From the NCBI RefSeq assembly GCF_009914755.1, contig NC_060928.1: a stretch of 64,000 bases of DNA. One strand, 5' to 3'. Of this stretch, positions 1 to 17,534 are shown piece after piece; within the stretch, counting starts at the first letter, position 1, and each line of letters opens with the position of its first letter. This stretch comes from the human T2T-CHM13v2.0 reference genome, Homo sapiens. The notes beneath the pieces are model-generated. The model was not told the origin of the DNA. It saw only the letters and a list, made by a program, of their open reading frames with translations, and made no database searches. The position numbers were made by a program, and so were the translations under genes.

Positions 1-250
1 TTTGTATTATGGTAAGGAGTTTAGATTTTATTCAAATGTAATGGAATCCCAGAGGAAAGTTTTACGCAGTGAAGTGATAAATTTACATATTAAAATGATC
101 ATATAGCTGCTATTTAGAGAATGGATTGTAGTGGGACAAGAGAAGTGAAGTTGGCAGTTATGAGGCCACTGCACAGGGCCAGAAAAGAGACAATAGCAGC
201 TTACAATAGTAAATTGAGCTAGTTCTAAATACCTTTAGAACATGAAACTG
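1..250 (-). mobile_element. L2 LINE fragment
   Basis: GGAGTTTAGATTTTATTC...AGAATGGATTGTAG resembles the L2 antisense consensus. Confidence 0.6.
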
Positions 251-704
251 TTTGGTCTTTTAAGTCCTAGCAAAATGTACCAAGAGCTCTGGGATTGCCT
301 GGGATCTTATTTCAAATGCAGAGTCTCAGGCCCCACCCCAAATCTATTCATTTTGTGTTTGAATTTTAATTCCCAGGCAATTTATATACATCAAAGTCTG
401 AAAAGTACTGTCTTAGATATCATCAATTTTACCAAAAAACACCTTAGAATTATTTGTCAGTAATCAGATACACTATAATTGCTAGTCTCCAAAATGCTTA
501 TTTCTCTTCTTTTGGAATTCGGATACTTGTGGTGTCATGTTTATGATACTGTAGTTAAGGCATTGTTTAAAATAAGAAAACAAAGATGGATGTAGACTTG
601 GTCCTTTGTTCTATTCAGTGTCTACTGGAGTCCTCTCCCCCACCCCCACACACATATCCTTTGATAGATAAGTAACATAAACTTGATGTTGGGATAAATA
701 TTTC

Positions 705-1245
705 TAGTTTACATACGGAATATGCATTGTGGATGCTTGCCTCTCCTACAGTATACCAGTTTCGATAGATTGCTGCCACGCACTACTCCCACCACCACCC
801 CAGCAACAAATAGGAGTCCTGATTGTCCTGAACCAATCGTAATAATCACACCCACACTGGCAAACTGGATTAGGGAAGGACACTTGATGTAACTGGTACA
901 GGTAGGGCAAAGTTCAAGATTTAGTTGGACAGTTGGTTCCCTCCTTCCTCTCAAGGTGTAAAAGAAGCAGCAAATTCTAGGAGTATTGGAAGCTCTCTGT
1001 ACCATGAGGGAAGCTGGCCTGAAGATATGGCCAAAATGAGAGCAGAACTATGAAAATTGTAGAAAAACAGAGCTCACTCCAGAATCATGAACTTCCAGAT
1101 CAATCAAATTCTCAAGACCAGCCAACCCCTATGAGACTTTTTAAAGATTTTTTTTTAAGAGCCAATAAACTCCTGCTCATTGTAAACCAGTAAAAACATC
1201 CAAAAAAATTGGTTTTTTTTGTTCCTTACACCAAAAGCAATTCAT
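705..1245 (+). mobile_element. MLT1-family (MaLR) solo LTR, old
   Basis: GAGCCAATAAACTCCT polyA region and a TTGTTCCTTACACCAAAAG-type terminus typical of MLT1J/K. Confidence 0.55.
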
Positions 1246-1275
1246 CCTTTGCATGGTGTATATGTACATGCATAA

Positions 1276-1636
<361 letters not shown>

Positions 1637-3692
1637 AAGAATCAAATATCTTAGTCTGTGCAAAACACTATGCTAGGGAGATGAAAAGCTGAATTGTATA
1701 AAGAGGAATTTTAGAAGTTAGTCTTGGGTGGGAATAAAGGAAACCTTTAAAGCAAAGGCAAGGCAGAAAAACGTTAATCAATTTCAGGGAGGGACAAAGC
1801 AAGAGAGTTTGACCCAAGTACAAAATACAGGTAGAACGAGTAATAGTCTGAAGAAACTCTGGAATGCAGAATGAGTATAGAAAAAAGTCACAGGAATCAT
1901 AGTATACTTATATGAATGACTACAAGATTGGGAAGCAAAATAAAAACCAGGTTACGGTATCACCCTTGCTAATATCTCCTGTCAGTCTTGATCAATTCAC
2001 TCATTTACCTCTTTAGGTCTAAATGTCCTCATCTGCAAAATTAGCAGGTTATATTAGATCTAAGATTGGGTCAATCCGAAGATTCTGGGCAACCTCTGTG
2101 AGGGTACTTGAGAGTACCTGAGTTCAACCTCTGAGAGATGTTCACTGGTAAAGGCAAACTGTTTATTTAATCTAAACACTGATGTGGAGAAAATAAATCC
2201 TACTAAGAACTAGAATAACTCATGAGAAATTAAAAGCAAATTTCATACGCTATATTTTTAAAAAAGATTGACCCAAACCACAGAAGAGTTCACTTTGTCA
2301 AAAATATGATTTGAGCAAATAAAAGAAAATGATTAAGAAATGTATGAAAGGGCAGCAGTTTAAGTGAAGATAACTAGGAAATTATTTCATTGTAACAAAA
2401 ATGTCAACTGATATGTCATTTTTTATATATTCATTCAAGAACTGAGAAGCATTCTATAGGTTATTTCATATCTAACCCAACCATACACTAAAACAAATAG
2501 TACGAAATGACAGACATTCACAGAACTGTAAACTTTCAACATTCTCTACTATATCCATATCTGTCCTTGTCTAACTTCACCTAAGAGGAAATTCAAATCT
2601 ACTGATGAGATTTAGAAAATCACCGGTTTCTGAAATGCTATGAACCACCACATACCTTCATATTAAACAGCATTAAAAGTAACCAAAAACACATTATTAA
2701 ATAGCTTGTCATTTCTATCTCTTATTAATATATTAATTTAAAATCAAATTATATTTTGTAAACATTTGATAAGCTATTAAAGTTTGTTCTAAAAGGCATA
2801 ATTCTAAAAACAAGGGCTCAAGGTAAGCTAAACGGTAAAATGGTTTAAAGTGTTCTTTAATGGATCCTTCTTTACAATTTGAACAGCAACTTTTCATATC
2901 TGACATAAAATCTATAGATATAAATCACATTAAAGGGCTATTCTTTCCTGATTATCAATCTCTGTCTCTTTGTGGAACCTTAGGGTCACATCTGACCTAA
3001 AAACATGATAAAAGAAAACCAAACAAGAATGTTTCATAAAGATATAATGAACTTGTAATATTTTTTAAATGTCCTTATAATGTAATTTGAAGATGTTCTT
3101 ATTTAAAAACCAATAATAAATCCTATGTATGAAATATTGTTCAAAGTCATGTGGAGATAAGAAATATTTACTCTAGAATCAAATACATATTATTTATTTG
3201 TAGTATACATATTTGTGTATGTATGTATACCTGTATTTGGAGGTTGAGTGGAGGTACAAGAGACCTTAACAAATATTGCTATTTATCGGTAACATAAACG
3301 GTCAAATCTAAAACTTTCATTCAACTTTAAGGCAGAATTTTTTATGTTTTATATCAACTTTTCTGTGTTCCTATTTGTAAGCACTATATAAACTAGATAA
3401 TATAACATCACAACATGGCCACAAAATATTTGACTATAAAAAGAAAAAAATAAGCATTTGGGGAACAATTCTATTTTATGTGATTATTGCTAAAGAAACC
3501 TAAGATTTATAACCAAAGAATGAAGAAACTCAATATAGGATAAATAAACCTCCACAGAAGAAATTCAGTCACTCACAGTAAATAGACAAAGCGACCATTT
3601 TAGCTCTTTAAATGTAAATGAATAGAGACAATATTTAATTTTTCCTTCCAGATGTCATAGCTCTACCTAATTTTACTATTCATCCTTTGCAT

Positions 3693-5376
3693 GAAAGTAA
3701 GAGAGGACACAAACAAATGGAAAAACATTCCATGCTCATGGATAGGAAGAATCAATATCATGAAAATGGCCATACTATCCAAATTAATTTATAGATTCAA
3801 CACTATCCCCACCAACCTACCAATGACTTTCTTCACAGAATTAGAAAAAACTACTTTAAATTTCATATGGAACCAAAAAAGAGCCCATATAGCCAAGACA
3901 ATCCTAAGCAAAAAGAACAAAGCTGGAGGCATCACACTACCTGACTTCAAGCTATACTATAAGGCTACAGTAACCAAAACAGCATGGTACTGGTACCAAA
4001 ACAGATATATAAAACAAATGGAACAGAACAGAGGCCTCAGAAATAACACCACACATCTACAACCATCTCATCTTTGACAAATCTGACAAAAACAAGAAAT
4101 GGGGAAAGGATTCGCTATTTAATAAATGGTGTTGGGAAAACTGGCTAGCCATATGCAGAAAACTGAAACTGGACCCCTTCCTTACACCTTATACAAAAAT
4201 CAATCCAAGATGGATTAAAGATTTAAACGTAAGACCTAAAACCATAAAAACCCTAGAAGAAAACCTAGGCAATGCCATTCAGGACATAGGCATGGGCAAA
4301 GACTTCATGACTAAAACACCAAAAGCAATGGCAACATAAGTCAAAATTGACAAATGGGATCTAATTAAACTAAAGAGCTCCTACACAGCAAAAGAAACTA
4401 TCATCAGGGTAAACAGACAACCTACAGAATGAAAGAAAATTTTTCCAATCTATCCATCTGACAAAGGGCTAATTTCCAGAATCTACAAGGAACTTAAACT
4501 AATTTACAAGAAAGAAACAATCCCATCAAAAAGTGGGTGAAGGATATGAACAGACACTTTTCAAAAGAAGACATTTATGCGGCCAACAAACATATGAAAA
4601 AAAGCTCATCATCACTGGTCATTAGAGAAATCCAAATCAAAACCACAATGAGATACCATCTCATGCCAGTTAGAATGGCGATCATTAAAAAATCAGGAAA
4701 CAACAGATGCTGGAAAGGATGTGGAGAAATAGGAACGCTTTTACACTGTTGGAGGGAGTATAAATTAGTTCAAGTATTCAAGTATTGTGGAAGACAGTGT
4801 GGCAATTTCTCAAGGATCTAGAACTAGAAATACCATTTGACCCAGCAATCCCATTACTGGGTATACACCCAAAGGATTATAAATCATTCTACTATAAAGA
4901 CACATACACAGGTATGTTTACTGCGGCACTATACACAACAGCAAAGACTTGGAACCAACCCAAATGTCCATCAATGTTAGACTGGATAAAGAAAATGTGA
5001 CACATATACTCCACGGAATACTGTGCAGCCATAAAAAAGAATGAGTTCATGTCCTTTTCAGGGACGTGGATGAAGCTGGAAACCATCATTCTCAGCAAAC
5101 TAACACCAGAACAGAAAACCAAACACCGCATGTTCTCACTCATAAGTGGGAGCTGAACAATAAGAACATATGGGCACGGAGAGGGGAACATCATACACCG
5201 GGGCCTGTATGGGGATGGAGGGCAAGGGGAGGGATAGCATTAAGAGAAATACCTAATGCAGATGACAGGTTGATGGGTGCAGCAAACCACAATGGAACAT
5301 GTATAACTATGTAACAAACCTGCACATTCTGCACATGTATCCCAGAACTTAAAGTATAATAAATAAATAAATAAAT
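3693..5376 (+). mobile_element. 5'-truncated L1PA (approx. L1PA6-8): ORF2 3' part plus 3'UTR
   Basis: ORF track gives L1 ORF2 peptides ([30 protein letters not shown]) broken by stops and frameshifts; L1PA 3'UTR ends ...AGAACTTAAAGTATAATAAATAAA. Confidence 0.95.
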
Positions 5377-5545
5377 ATTTTTAAAAAGTCCTAAAAGATT
5401 TAAAAAAAAAACAGAAATGGAAAATGTTAATAGATATATTCTCTATTAAAGAAATTGAACTCAACTACTTTACCATAAAGAAATCTCAGGCCCACATGTT
5501 TATATCGGTGAATTCCACCAAACATTTAAGAGGAAATAATACTGA

Positions 5546-5847
<302 letters not shown>

Positions 5848-6123
5848 TTACAACAGCATGAAAAATATGAAATACTTAGCTATATTTTAAAATTTATACA
5901 GATCTTATAAAAAATAAAACCATAAAATAGTTAAGAGAAATTAAGAAGCTAGATAAATGAAGAAATATATAATTTATGTATACAAAATATACAGTTTATA
6001 GATTTAAAGATTCAACATTTTAAAAATTGATTTTATATATTCAACACAATCTTAATAAAAATTTTTAGCAATTTTTATAAAACTGAAAAGCTGATTCTAA
6101 AACACATATAAAAACAGAAGGTA

Positions 6124-6463
<340 letters not shown>

Positions 6464-6819
6464 TCACACCCTTCCCACCATATTATAAAACTAGAAATGA
6501 AGAGCACTGGTTATTAGATGAAGAAAGAGATGACAAAATGAAGAAACAACTGGTACTGAAACACCTGGCTATCCACATGAGAAAAAAAAAAAAGACGAAT
6601 CTTTTCTTTCACCTAATATCATACAAAAAATACTTAATTCAAACTGGATCAAGGATATAAATCTAGAAGTTAAAACTATAACATTTCCAAAACACAACAG
6701 CAGATTTTTTTTATAACTTTGGGATAGGCAATGTTGTTAGACTGGACAGCATAACAGAAAGCATAGAAGAAAATCACAAGAATTTAAAAACTGACAAAAT
6801 AAACTTTATCAAAATTTAA

Positions 6820-7130
<311 letters not shown>

Positions 7131-8105
7131 CAACACCTGCTCTTTAAAAGAACCATTTATAAAATAAAAGGTAAGCCACAAATTGTGAAAAAAAATTTAA
7201 CATACATCTAAGTGACAAATGAATTCTTTACAGAATATATAAAGAATTCATACAATTCAATAAGACAAACAACCTAATTAAAAATAATTAGCACAGGATT
7301 TGAACAGGCATTTCACAAAAGATATACAAATGGCTAATAAAGCACATGAGAAGATGCTTAGTCAGTAGAGAAATACAAATAAAAATCACAATAAGCTATC
7401 ACTATACACCCACTAGACCGGCTGAAATTTAAAAGAGCTACAATACCAAGCACTGACAAGGACATGGAACAACTGGAACTCTCATACCTACCTTGGTGGT
7501 TGAATTGTAAAGTCGTCAACTACTTTGGAAAATAGTTTGTCAATTTCTTGTAAGCTTAAACATATACTTACAGTAGCATGTAGCAATCCTACTCCTAGGT
7601 ATTTCCTCAAAAGGAATAAGAACATATTTCTACAAAAATAACTTGTATGAAAATGCCCATGGTGCATTTAGTCATAAAAGTCAGACACTGAAAACAACCC
7701 AATGTCTGCCTATAGCTGAATGGATAAACAAAATAATTCAACTTAGTATTTAAAAAAACAAACCAATAATACACACAACAATGTGAACGAATATCAAAAA
7801 GTTTATGCTGACCAAAATAATCCAGAGTACCTACTATTTGATTCCATGTATATAAAATTTTATAGCAGATAAAACTATCTATAATAACAGAAATCAGATC
7901 ACTGGTTGTCTGGGATTGGATATGAGTATATGGAGAGGAATTGACCACAGTGGATCACAGGGGAATTCTCTAGGATGACAAAATTTCCTATATCTTTATT
8001 ATAATGGTAAAATCACAGATATACACCTTTATCAAAACTCCTCAAATTGTATACTTAAAATTTTATTACATGCAAACTATACTTCAATAAAGTTTATTTA
8101 AGAAG

Positions 8106-8419
8106 TGTTTGTTTGTTTGTTTGTTTGTTTGTTTTTTCAGGCAGGATTTCACTCTATTGTCTAGGCTGGAGTGCAGTGGTGTGATCTTGGCTCACTGAAA
8201 CCTCAATCTCTTGGGCTCAAGTGATCCTGCCACTTCAGTCCCCCAAGTAGCTGGGACTAGAGGCATGCACCACCATGCCCAACTAATTTTTTCGATTTAT
8301 TGTAGAGATGAGGTCTCACTATGTTGCCCACGCTGGTCTCAAACTCCTGAGCGCAAGCAATCCACTCACCTCGGCCTCCCAAAGTGCTGGGATTACAGGC
8401 ATGAGCCACCATGCCCAGC
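8106..8419 (-). mobile_element. AluJ with (TTTG)n tail
   Basis: Reverse Alu, TSD AAGAAGT. Confidence 0.92.
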
Positions 8420-8429
8420 AAGAAGTTTT

Positions 8430-9668
<1,239 letters not shown>

Positions 9669-11170
9669 TTAATGATGTTAAACATACATTGTTTCTAAAG
9701 TTAGGTTTTCAGAGTAATAAGTTTTTTAAGAAATAGGTTATAAAAAGCAAATTTTTATTAAGTTTGCAATTAAGTTCTTGTTAAGTTTTGAAATAAAAAT
9801 AAACTACACACAATTTTAATGCTAAAATAGCAAGCCCTTTTCCTAAATTAATAATGTTTAATGCTAATTAAACAATTTGTTTTGGTCTCACAAGTTTTGT
9901 ATTTAAAACCTCTTTTAAAGACTTTTAAAAGAAACATATACTTGCTTTTAAAAACAAATCAAAGAACGACATAAAAAAGAAAAAGAAATTTCTCTCTTCT
10001 ACCTCCTCCCTGTTTGGTCAGCTGCTTTCTACAGAGGTAGTCACTGTTTAGAGTAAGATGTCATTCCTATATAATGGAATCAAACTGTACATCATTCCAT
10101 GTCAGGACCTTCTTTCTTTTACATGGCTACAAACAGATGATTACATTTTTAGTTAACCAAGCATTGCTTCTGCTAAACACGTTTAAGTGTAGTACTTTCC
10201 TTCTCAATTTGTCTCAAAATCACTTACACTATAAATTACTTGTCTCACTGAAAACAATTTAAAAGTGAAATCACTTCAGGGACAATAAATGAAGAAGTTT
10301 CTCAGTATTTCACTTTTGGAGGTCTTTGTACTTGATCCCTTACCTTAAAGTGTGATCTTTAACAAAAAAAAAAAAAAGCTATCTACAGAAACTCAGAAAG
10401 ACTCATAGAAAAGACAGAAAAATGAAAGCTTAAAAAATCTCAACAGCAAACAAAAGTCAACCAATGACAATGTGTGACAGCCACCTTTAATTCTGTAGTG
10501 ATTCCTCTGTCATGCAACGACTCAAAGTATTGATTTCTCTCAGCATGAAAAAGCCTAAGCCAATGAAACAGACAGAGCAGCAACCCCCTCCTCCCTTCCC
10601 CCCATAACAGCATTCAAGGTTAAAACAGGCAGAACACTTATCAAAGTATCTCTTCCATTTCTTCTTGTTTTAATAGACTGGATACAACATGTTGGGTTCT
10701 TATCGTTACAAACTATAGTCCTCAGACAATATTTTTAAATAATTTGAAGATTAATATAGGTTATTCTATTTTTTTGCTTCACACTTTTGGTAATAAAAAA
10801 CTTGTTTCAAATGCTTTTTTTTTCTGTGAACTCTTAACAGAAGTATATATAATATTTGTAAAAACAAGCCGACACTAATAAGAAGGCTATAGTTTCTACT
10901 TGTGTGCCAATTCCACACATAATATTTTGTTTTCATTATTTCTTTAGAGTACTTATTAACAATAAAACCCACAAATACCTAAGCATCTTCCAAAAAGACA
11001 AAGTGAATCCTTCAACAATGCAAACACACATCATACATCTGTTTGGAAAATAAAGTAAACTATGGCTGCTATCTGTGTTCAAGAAAATAGTAATAACATA
11101 AAATGTAAGCAAAGGATAGGGTTGAAACCACAGAATTATATTTTAAAACTATAGTATGAGACAAAAATAA

Positions 11171-11583
11171 CAATCAGCTCTCTGTATCCCCAGGTTCTAC
11201 ATCTACAGATTCGACCAAATTTTTTGTTTTGTTTTGTTTTTGAGTCAGAATCTCACTCTGACACCTAGGCTGGAGTGCAGTGACATGATCACAACTCACT
11301 GCAGCCTCCATCTCCCAGGTTCACGCAACCCTCCCATTTCAGCCTCATGAGTAACTGGGACTACATGCACACATCACCATGCCCAGCTAATATTTTTCTG
11401 TAGAGACAGGGTCTCTCAGTGTTGGCCAGGCTGGTCTCAAACTCCTGGCCTCAAGTGATCCTCCTGCCTCAGCCTCCCAAAGTGCTTGGATTACAAGTGT
11501 GAGCCACTGCACCAGGCCTTGACCAATTTTTGATCTGCAGTTAGTCCTGGAACCAATTCCGCATGGATCCAGAGGGATGACTG
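11171..11583. mobile_element. MER2-like Tigger MITE split by an Alu
   Basis: Ends CAATCAGCTCTCTGTATCC... and ...GGATCCAGAGGGATGACTG are degenerate TIRs. Confidence 0.7.
11220..11518 (-). mobile_element. AluJ
   Basis: Reverse Alu, TSD GACCAA(A)TTTTT. Confidence 0.92.
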
Positions 11584-11846
11584 TGTATCTTCACAAAATA
11601 TGTATAAATGGTTACACACAGAGAGGTAAAATTAAGAAGCTTTAATTTCTTAAACTTTACTTTCTGCTAATCTGCAAAAGAGTTAGATGATCTTAAGCAA
11701 ATCCTATCATCTTTTAACTCTACCTAACCAATGGATTTTTAAAAGCATAAAAAACTAGGGTCTTTTAGTTGTATTAGCAAGGTCTCCTACTTATGAATAA
11801 ATATATTTGCTACTACAAATAGGTAAATCTTACACTTAAATATCAA

Positions 11847-12142
11847 GGCCAGACATGGTGGCTCACACCTCTAATTCCAGCACTTAGGGAGGTCGAGGCC
11901 AGCAAATCCCTTGAGGCCAGGAGAGTTCAAAGCCAGCCTGGGCAACATGGCAAAGTCCTATCTTTACAAAAAATAGAAAAATCAGCTGGGCATGGTGGCA
12001 TGCACCTGTAGTCCTAGCTACTTGGGAGGATGAGGCGGGAGGATTGCTTGAGCCCAGGAGGTTATGCTGCAGTGAGCCATAATCAGGCCACTGCATTCCT
12101 GCCTGTGTGAGAGAGTGAGACCCTGTCTCAAAAACAAAAATA
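11847..12142 (+). mobile_element. AluJ
   Basis: Full Alu, J-type right arm. Confidence 0.92.
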
Positions 12143-12219
12143 AATTTCAAATAAAAGCAGTTCAAGAACAAGCATGAAAACCAGAAAGAAAATAAGCAAT
12201 TATGTATAAAAATCATAAT

Positions 12220-12430
12220 TAACAATGTAGTTAAGAGCACCAACTCTAGAGCTAGATGACTTGAGTTTTAACTCTTGGTTTTGACACATTCATGCTTAAG
12301 CAAGTTATTTGAAACCCTGTGCCTCGGTTTCCTCATATAAAAGAGGAGATGATGTGGTATGCTTTTCAGGAGGATCAAGAATAGACATAAAATGATTAGA
12401 ACATTGCCAGTCATATAAAGGTAACACCTA
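12220..12430 (+). mobile_element. MIR
   Basis: Core CAAGTTATTTGAAACCCTGTGCCTCGGTTTCCTCAT. Confidence 0.7.
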
Positions 12431-12611
12431 ACATTTATTGTAGGCTTAATTGTGATGTTATCAAAATACGTAACAAATAGTCCCTGTCTTCCAGCATCTC
12501 ACTGTAGTTTAGTAAAATAAATACAATATGAGAAAGAAATAAACTATGAGATAACTGCTCAAAGAGTTATAGACAGTATGTTTGGAAAGAGAGAAAAAGA
12601 AGGAACTATTA

Positions 12612-12945
<334 letters not shown>

Positions 12946-13226
12946 GGCCGGGCGCAGTGGCTCACACCTGTAATTCCAACACTTTGAGAGGCCAAGGCGG
13001 GTGGATCATGAGGTCAGGAGTTCAAGACCAGCCTGGTCAAGATGGTGAAACCCCATCTCTACTAAAAATACAAAAATTAGCCTGGCATGGTGGCAGGAGT
13101 CTGTAATCCCAGCTACTCAGAAGGCTGAGGCAGAGAAGTGCTTGAACCCAGCAGGTGGAGGTTGCAGTGAGCCAAGATCACACCACTGCACACCAGCCTG
13201 GGTGACAGAGTGAGACTTTGTCTCAG

Positions 13227-13266
<40 letters not shown>
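12946..13266 (+). mobile_element. AluS inserted in the preceding Alu tail, A40 tract
   Basis: Full Alu; CAGGGAGAG flanks the whole pair (12617-12625; 13267-13275). Confidence 0.93.
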
Positions 13267-13267
<1 letters not shown>

Positions 13268-15827
13268 AGGGAGAGTTTCACAGAGGAATTAAAGGCTAAG
13301 TACCTGTTCACCAAGAAGAAAGGGATAGAAAAAATAAAATGTAGAAAATAAAAGAGGTCAAAAACTAAGAGAACAAGCTCAAATAAATGCATTTTTTTAA
13401 GCAAAGATAGGAATAACAGAATGAGACATGTAATAAAGAGCCTTCTCTTTTTAAATATCCTGATACATGTTTATATTTTTCTTGGGTAACTAATACATTT
13501 TTTTTACCAATTACCTTCATAAAGGAATTATTCCTCAAAGGTTTATATAAATCATTTAACATACAAAATATTAACTAGATTTGTATTTCTCAGCTGATGA
13601 TTGTTATAATGTTATAATTTCTTTAATTCATATTCAAATGTATTGCCAACACAGACCATTTCAAAACAACACACCTGAATATTAACTGGGTTATAAATAC
13701 TGTTTCTCAAACTACCTGTAGGGAAGGGCCAGTTTTGTTTTTTTTTTAACCTTTTTAAACACCTTTAGCACTGATGCCTTTGATGACATTGCCAGACATT
13801 CAAGCTATAAAACTTTTTAAATATTCAATTTCTGTACTCAGCTCTTTGTGGATTACTAAGAAGTAATTTAGTCAGCAGACCATACTTAAACAGCACTAAT
13901 ATAAAAAGGTAAGTAGAAGGAAACTATTTTTATCAACTCAAGTATTTCCATTTTGCTTTGTATGGTAAAATACTTGCTTTGCAAAATAAAATACTTTGTA
14001 TTATAAAATGCTTGGTCTTATATTCAGTGCTTTAATTTTTATTAATAAACCAGAAACAACAATAGCCAATATTCTAAGTGCACATGAGAAAAGTCTAAAT
14101 TATAAACAAATGTTGTATAAAATACACTGTAAAGATTTTTAATTAGCTTAGTTTCTTATTAATCTTTATTTTAAAATCCATTAAGAAAAGGAAGGCTTTA
14201 CATTAGTACATAATTTGGTCTATGGTTAAGATAACCAGAAGATACCATAAACTGAAAGCTTAAGTAAAGGCTTGATATATCTATGAGGGATATATTCAGA
14301 CATTTTCTTTGAAGAGATTTTCAATGCATTAAAAGGTCTGGTTTTCAAAATATATTTTACAAGAACATACTGAGAAGATAATGAAAAAACACTCTTCCAG
14401 TTTGGATTTAATTTGATCAACAATGCCTGCAACAGTTTTACCTACATATAAACCTTTTGCTTTTTCTAGCTTGCTAGCTTTAATAGAAATATAGTAATAG
14501 TAAGCATCCGAGTAAAATAGCTGTTTTTTTAACCTGGTGCAGCATCACTTAACAATTTGCAAACAAAATCTCATCGATTCACTTTTAAGTGGTCTTCCTT
14601 TATCCCACCAATGATAGTTCCTTTAGTTTCACAAACAGCTCAAAAATTATTATTTCTTGTTATATGTATGTATATACCTGTCCTTTATACAGGTAAGAAT
14701 ATGATGTTCAAAAGATACCTACAGAAGAGTAACAGCAGAAAATATTGAGGCCTTTCTTTTAACCTGGTCATTTTCAAAAAGCTAAAGTTGAGAGTATGAC
14801 AAGTAAAACACATCATGGAAGAACCTCTAAAAATAGTGTGTTCCAGACTAAATACACAAGACTTTGGATATGAAAACTGAAAAATATTATTACTGCATAG
14901 TCCAGGTCTATAGACGCTACAACATATATGATAAATTGGGGTAAGAGTTTCCTTAAAAAAATTTGATGGTGCCGTTGTCACTCAACCTGAGGCAGGAAAA
15001 AAGGGTAACACTGGACTGAGGAAAAAGCAAGATTCTTCTCTAAGAGAGGAAGCAGGTGATCCTGAACTCGAGAAAGAATCTGGTCAAAAGAGCTCTCACT
15101 GTTGGAGAGCTAAACTGGCTTCTGCAGCATGGCAAAGGGAGACGACCTGGGGAAAGAGGGAGACAGAGTCAAGAAAAACTGCCTGTTCAAGAGTGTGGCC
15201 TATGAATCCTAGGAGATGCAATATCTAGTATTGTTTTGTTTTCCTCTTCTGCACTGTGATGCCCTTCTATCATTGCAAGGCCCACAAAAGAGAAAAGGAG
15301 AGGTCTATGTCCACGCTTTGGGCAACAGGATAAAGAAAAACAGCTACTGCCTGGAAAAGTTGTTTGTAAGATGGGAAGAGGTATTCTCCAGAGCTCTGAT
15401 ACAACTCTATCCAGCAATAGTGTAGATAGGAACCTGATGGCAGAGATAAGAGTCCTAGATTCACTGTGGCACATATAAGCATTCAATTTCCAGAGATTAC
15501 TTGAAGAAAAAAATAGCTGTTATTAAACACTTAATATGGATTCAGAGTAATGGGTACATTAGGTTTATCAAATCCCATTTATTCCTGACAACATAGCTAC
15601 AGGTAAACATCATTATTATCCTGATGTAAAGGTGCAGCAGTGGTGTCTTACTTCACATGGTTTAGTGAATGACAATGCCAAGACTAGTCAACAATTTTAT
15701 CTGATGAGGTAGTCAGAGCTAAGGTCAACTGCTGCAGAGTAATCATGTCTCACTGGTTGGGTATTCAAACCCTAGCAATTTGGACATTAAAAAGAACTTG
15801 AATACTTGTCAGTTGGTTATACTGGTA

Positions 15828-16062
15828 GAGGTTGAGTATCCCTTATCCAAAAATTCAAAATTCAAAATGCTCCAAAATCTGAAGCTTTTTGAGCACCAAC
15901 ATGACCCTCAAAGAAAATGCTCATTGGAGCATTCTGATTTCCAGGTTTTCAGATTAGAGATATTCAACCAGTAATATAATACAAATATTCCAAAATCTTT
16001 AAAAACCTGAAATTTGAAACACTTCTGGTCCCAAGCATTCTGGATACGGGATACTCAACCGG
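15828..16062. mobile_element. Tigger4a/MER46A MITE
   Basis: TIRs AGGTTGAGTATCCCTTATCC / GGATACGGGATACTCAACC, TA at the left end. Confidence 0.88.
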
Positions 16063-16159
16063 CATTTTATCTTTCATATTTATTGATATTATTTTTATCA
16101 AAGGTGAAGAAAATAACAATGATAGAAAACAGAAAAGCCACAATTTATATTTGTATATA

Positions 16160-17534
16160 TAGTCATGCATGGCTTAATGACGAGGGCATACATCATACTG
16201 TTTATAGCCTAGGAGCCATACAAATATGTACAGTATGTTACTGTATTAAATGTTGTAGGCAACTATACCACAATGGTAAGTATTTGTATACCTAAACACA
16301 GAAAAGGTATGGTAAAAATGGGTATAAAACAAACAAAAAAAATGGTACAGGGCACATACCATGAATGGAGTTTGCAGCACTTGAAGTTGCGTTGGGTCAG
16401 TCAGTGTACAAGTAGTGGGTGAATGTGAAGGTCTAGGATATTACTGTATACTACTGTAGACTTTATAAACCCTGCACAGTTAGGCTATGCTAAGTTAATT
16501 AGAAATTATTTTCTTCAATAATAAATTATCCTTGCTCACTGTAACATTTTTACTTCATAAACTTAAAATTTTTTAAAATTGTTTAACTCTTTTTTAATAA
16601 CACAGTTTAAAATGCACATTGTACAGCTGTGCCAAAATGTTTTCTTTCTTTATATCCTTATTCTATAATTTCCTTTTTTTTTTTTTTGAGACAGAGTCTT
16701 GCTCTGGTGAGACAGAGGCTAGAGTGCAGTGGCACGATCACAGCTAACTACAGCCTCAACTCACTGGGCTCGAGTGATTCTCCCACTTCAGCTTTCTGAG
16801 TAGCTAGGACTACAGGGGTGTACCACCACACCCCTGGCTAACTTTTTTATTTTTTGTAGAGACAAGGTCTCCCTATGTTGCCCAAGCTGGTCTCAAACTC
16901 CTGGACTCAAGCAATCCTCCCACCTTGACCAAAGTGCTGGGATTACACTGTGCCTGATCTATAAACCTTATTCTAGTTTCAAATTTCATTTTTTCAATTT
17001 TTAAATTTTGTTAAAAAGTGAGACACAAACACACACATTAGGCTAGGCCTATCCAGGGTCAAGATAATGAATATCACTGCCTTCCACCTCTACATCTTGT
17101 CTCACTGGAGGGTCTTTGGGGCAGTAACATGCATGGAGCTCTCATCTCCTATGATGACAATGCCTTCTTCTGGAATACCTCTTGAAAGACCTGACTGAGG
17201 CTGTTCTACAGTTAACATTTTTTTTTAATAAGTAAAAGGAATACACTCTAAAATAACAAGCATAGTATAGTAAATACATAAACCAGTTACACAGTCGTTT
17301 AATATCATTACCAAGTATTATATAATTGTGCTGCACTTTCATACGAATGGAAACACAAGTTTGCTTCTGCCAGCCTTACCACAAACACGTGAGTAATGAG
17401 TTACACTATGACATTACAATGGCTACAATGTCAGTAGGCAACAGGAGTTTTTCAGCTCCATTAAAATCTCATAGGACCACCACTGTACATGTGGTGCGTC
17501 ATTTACCAAAACATCATTATGTGGTGCATGACTG
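16160..17534. mobile_element. Tigger3 (Golem/MER7) non-autonomous element, split by an Alu
   Basis: TIRs AGTCATGCATGGCTTAATGACG / CATCATTATGTGGTGCATGACTG. Confidence 0.85.
16674..16957 (-). mobile_element. AluJ
   Basis: Reverse Alu inside Tigger3, TSD TCTATAA. Confidence 0.9.

Noticed and set aside
3691-5314. L1 ORF2 peptides as functional genes
   Set aside because: Fragmented by stops and frameshifts, and 5'-truncated; no convincing TSD found either
14990-15480. Purine-rich segment with overlapping short ORFs, possibly an old LTR or enhancer
   Set aside because: No recognisable consensus, termini or protein motif; cannot be supported from sequence alone
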